From the NCBI GenBank assembly GCA_031422675.1, contig JANPMG010000172.1, positions 324 through 64,323 on the forward strand: a stretch of DNA of 64,000 bases, written 5' to 3'. The position numbers were made by a program, and so were the translations under genes. The notes below the pieces were generated by a model. It saw only the letters and a list, made by a program, of their open reading frames with translations, did not search any database and had not been told where the DNA came from. Origin of the DNA: Acidimicrobiia bacterium (GTDB taxonomy: Bacteria; Actinomycetota; Acidimicrobiia; IMCC26256; JAENVU01). Positions 63,126-64,000 of this stretch are shown here, in pieces. Position 1 is the first letter of the stretch; each line of letters begins with the position of its first letter.

Positions 63126-63494
63126 GTGTCGACCCGTCGGTTGCCCACGGTGCTGTTCGTGCTCGCCGTTCCCGTGATGGCCGTCATCGCCATCTTGGTC
63201 ACGCGGGCCGTCGAGGGTCCGACCGCTCCGCAGGGCGCGGTTGGGAGCGGATCGGCCGTGGTGATCAAGGACTTCTCGTTCCGCCCGGCCACGTTGAGCG
63301 TGGCCCGCGGGTCGAAGCTGAAAATCACCAACGGCGACGGCACCCCGCACACGTTCTCGGCCGCGGACAATGGGTTCTCGACGCCGGTGCTGGACGCCGG
63401 AGGGTCGGCGTCGATCGCTCTGGAGTCGGCGGGATCGTTCCCGGTCGTGTGCAAGATCCACCCGAACATGACCGCCACCGTGGTGGTCACATGA
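63126..63494 (+). CDS. cupredoxin (plastocyanin/amicyanin-like blue copper) domain protein
   Basis: N-terminal TM/signal, His in GTPHTF, and the CKIHPNM Cys-His-Met copper-ligand loop. GGAAGGAG SD before the GTG at 63126. Confidence 0.8.
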   Translation: MSTRRLPTVLFVLAVPVMAVIAILVTRAVEGPTAPQGAVGSGSAVVIKDFSFRPATLSVARGSKLKITNGDGTPHTFSAADNGFSTPVLDAGGSASIALESAGSFPVVCKIHPNMTATVVVT

Positions 63495-63901
63495 TGCGGG
63501 CCCGAACTCCGTGGCTTCTCGTCGGCGCCGCCGGCGTGTTCGTGAGCGCCTACGTGCACTTCTATCTCTATTTCTGGGGTGGTTACCGCGGCATCAGTCC
63601 GGATCGCATCGCCGGCCTCGACATCAGTCGTTCGTTCGCGCTCAGTGCCATCGCCGGGCTCGTGATCGCCGAGTTCCTCGTGGTTTCAGTGCGCTTCGAA
63701 CGGCTCGCGCTCCCGGCGTCCATTCTGGGTATCGGGTTCGCGCTCGGTGCCCTCGGTGCGTCTGTCCTCGCCCGAACGACGGGCCTCCTCGGCTTCGAAG
63801 AGAGTTCCTGGACCGTCGAGGCCGTCGTCGTGACCGTTGCGGAGGTCGTCGCCGTGCTGGTGCTCGGACGCGTGCTCGCGCTGCGATCGACCACGCACTG
63901 A
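63491..63901 (+). CDS. hypothetical four-helix membrane protein
   Basis: 136 aa from the ATG at 63491, in an ATGA overlap with the cupredoxin stop. Four hydrophobic segments. No family recognised. Confidence 0.55.
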   Translation: MMRARTPWLLVGAAGVFVSAYVHFYLYFWGGYRGISPDRIAGLDISRSFALSAIAGLVIAEFLVVSVRFERLALPASILGIGFALGALGASVLARTTGLLGFEESSWTVEAVVVTVAEVVAVLVLGRVLALRSTTH

Positions 63902-64000
63902 CCGGTCGCACTCGGCGGGTGCGCGAGGATCAGAGGCACGGCGGGCACCGTCGTCGCATCGAGTCCGAGGCCGGGAGCCGTCCATGAAGCCCATCGCGGC

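Noticed and set aside
1-64000. tRNA, rRNA, riboswitch leaders and intact insertion sequences or prophage genes.
   Set aside because: I found no cloverleaf-like or rRNA-like segments. Intergenic regions are mostly under 100 bp, which is too short for the common riboswitch classes. No integrase, recombinase or intact transposase ORF is present.

Overview
This is a very GC-rich, gene-dense chromosomal segment that looks like Actinomycetota. Supporting signs are a mycothiol-type DinB/TIGR03086-like protein, a GT87/DUF2029 membrane glycosyltransferase, a Zn-ribbon/RNase H/phosphatase neighbourhood resembling M. tuberculosis Rv2229c-Rv2228c, many 4-nt GTGA/ATGA gene junctions and several leaderless-looking starts. 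I call about 50 CDSs. Most other ORFs in the six-frame track are Arg/Pro/Ala-rich antisense or out-of-frame artefacts of the GC content. The left 37 kb looks like accessory catabolism. It holds an acyl-CoA dehydrogenase, several SDRs, two alpha-only Rieske oxygenases, two P450s, a molybdopterin oxidoreductase, a DUF35/thiolase-like pair, two acyl-CoA ligases, a fused indolepyruvate:ferredoxin oxidoreductase, a carotenoid/lignostilbene-type oxygenase, amidohydrolases, a ThuA-like protein and TetR/YafY regulators. The right 27 kb is mostly core or envelope functions. It holds a 1186-aa secreted multi-propeller/Calx-beta protein, a GNAT, DUF2804, APH-like kinase, enoyl-CoA hydratase, an AddAB/AdnAB-type helicase-nuclease pair, a class A PBP, the Zn-ribbon/RNase HI/histidine phosphatase group, a GT87 + GT-C-like + O-acyltransferase operon facing an anchored beta-helix protein, and a cupredoxin. 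I found no rRNA, tRNA, CRISPR array or intact mobile element, only two decayed transposase fragments flanking a DinB/YafY module. I cannot point to a recognisable defence or toxin system. The most interesting items are listed here. (1) The giant TetR-adjacent secreted protein. (2) An eight-gene minus-strand oxygenase/amidohydrolase/ThuA operon next to a lignostilbene-type oxygenase. (3) A PEP-utilizer swivel-domain protein lacking an ATP-grasp domain and coupled to a P450. (4) The envelope glycan cluster. (5) Several non-coding elements read directly from the sequence: mirror-image -10 boxes forming a 37-bp divergent leaderless promoter, a recurring GTGAACAGTGTT-type palindrome in three promoter regions, a perfect 13-bp inverted repeat, a canonical G-quadruplex motif and perfect tandem repeats. 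All functional calls rest on motif recognition by eye, with no database search run. Start codons are best guesses.
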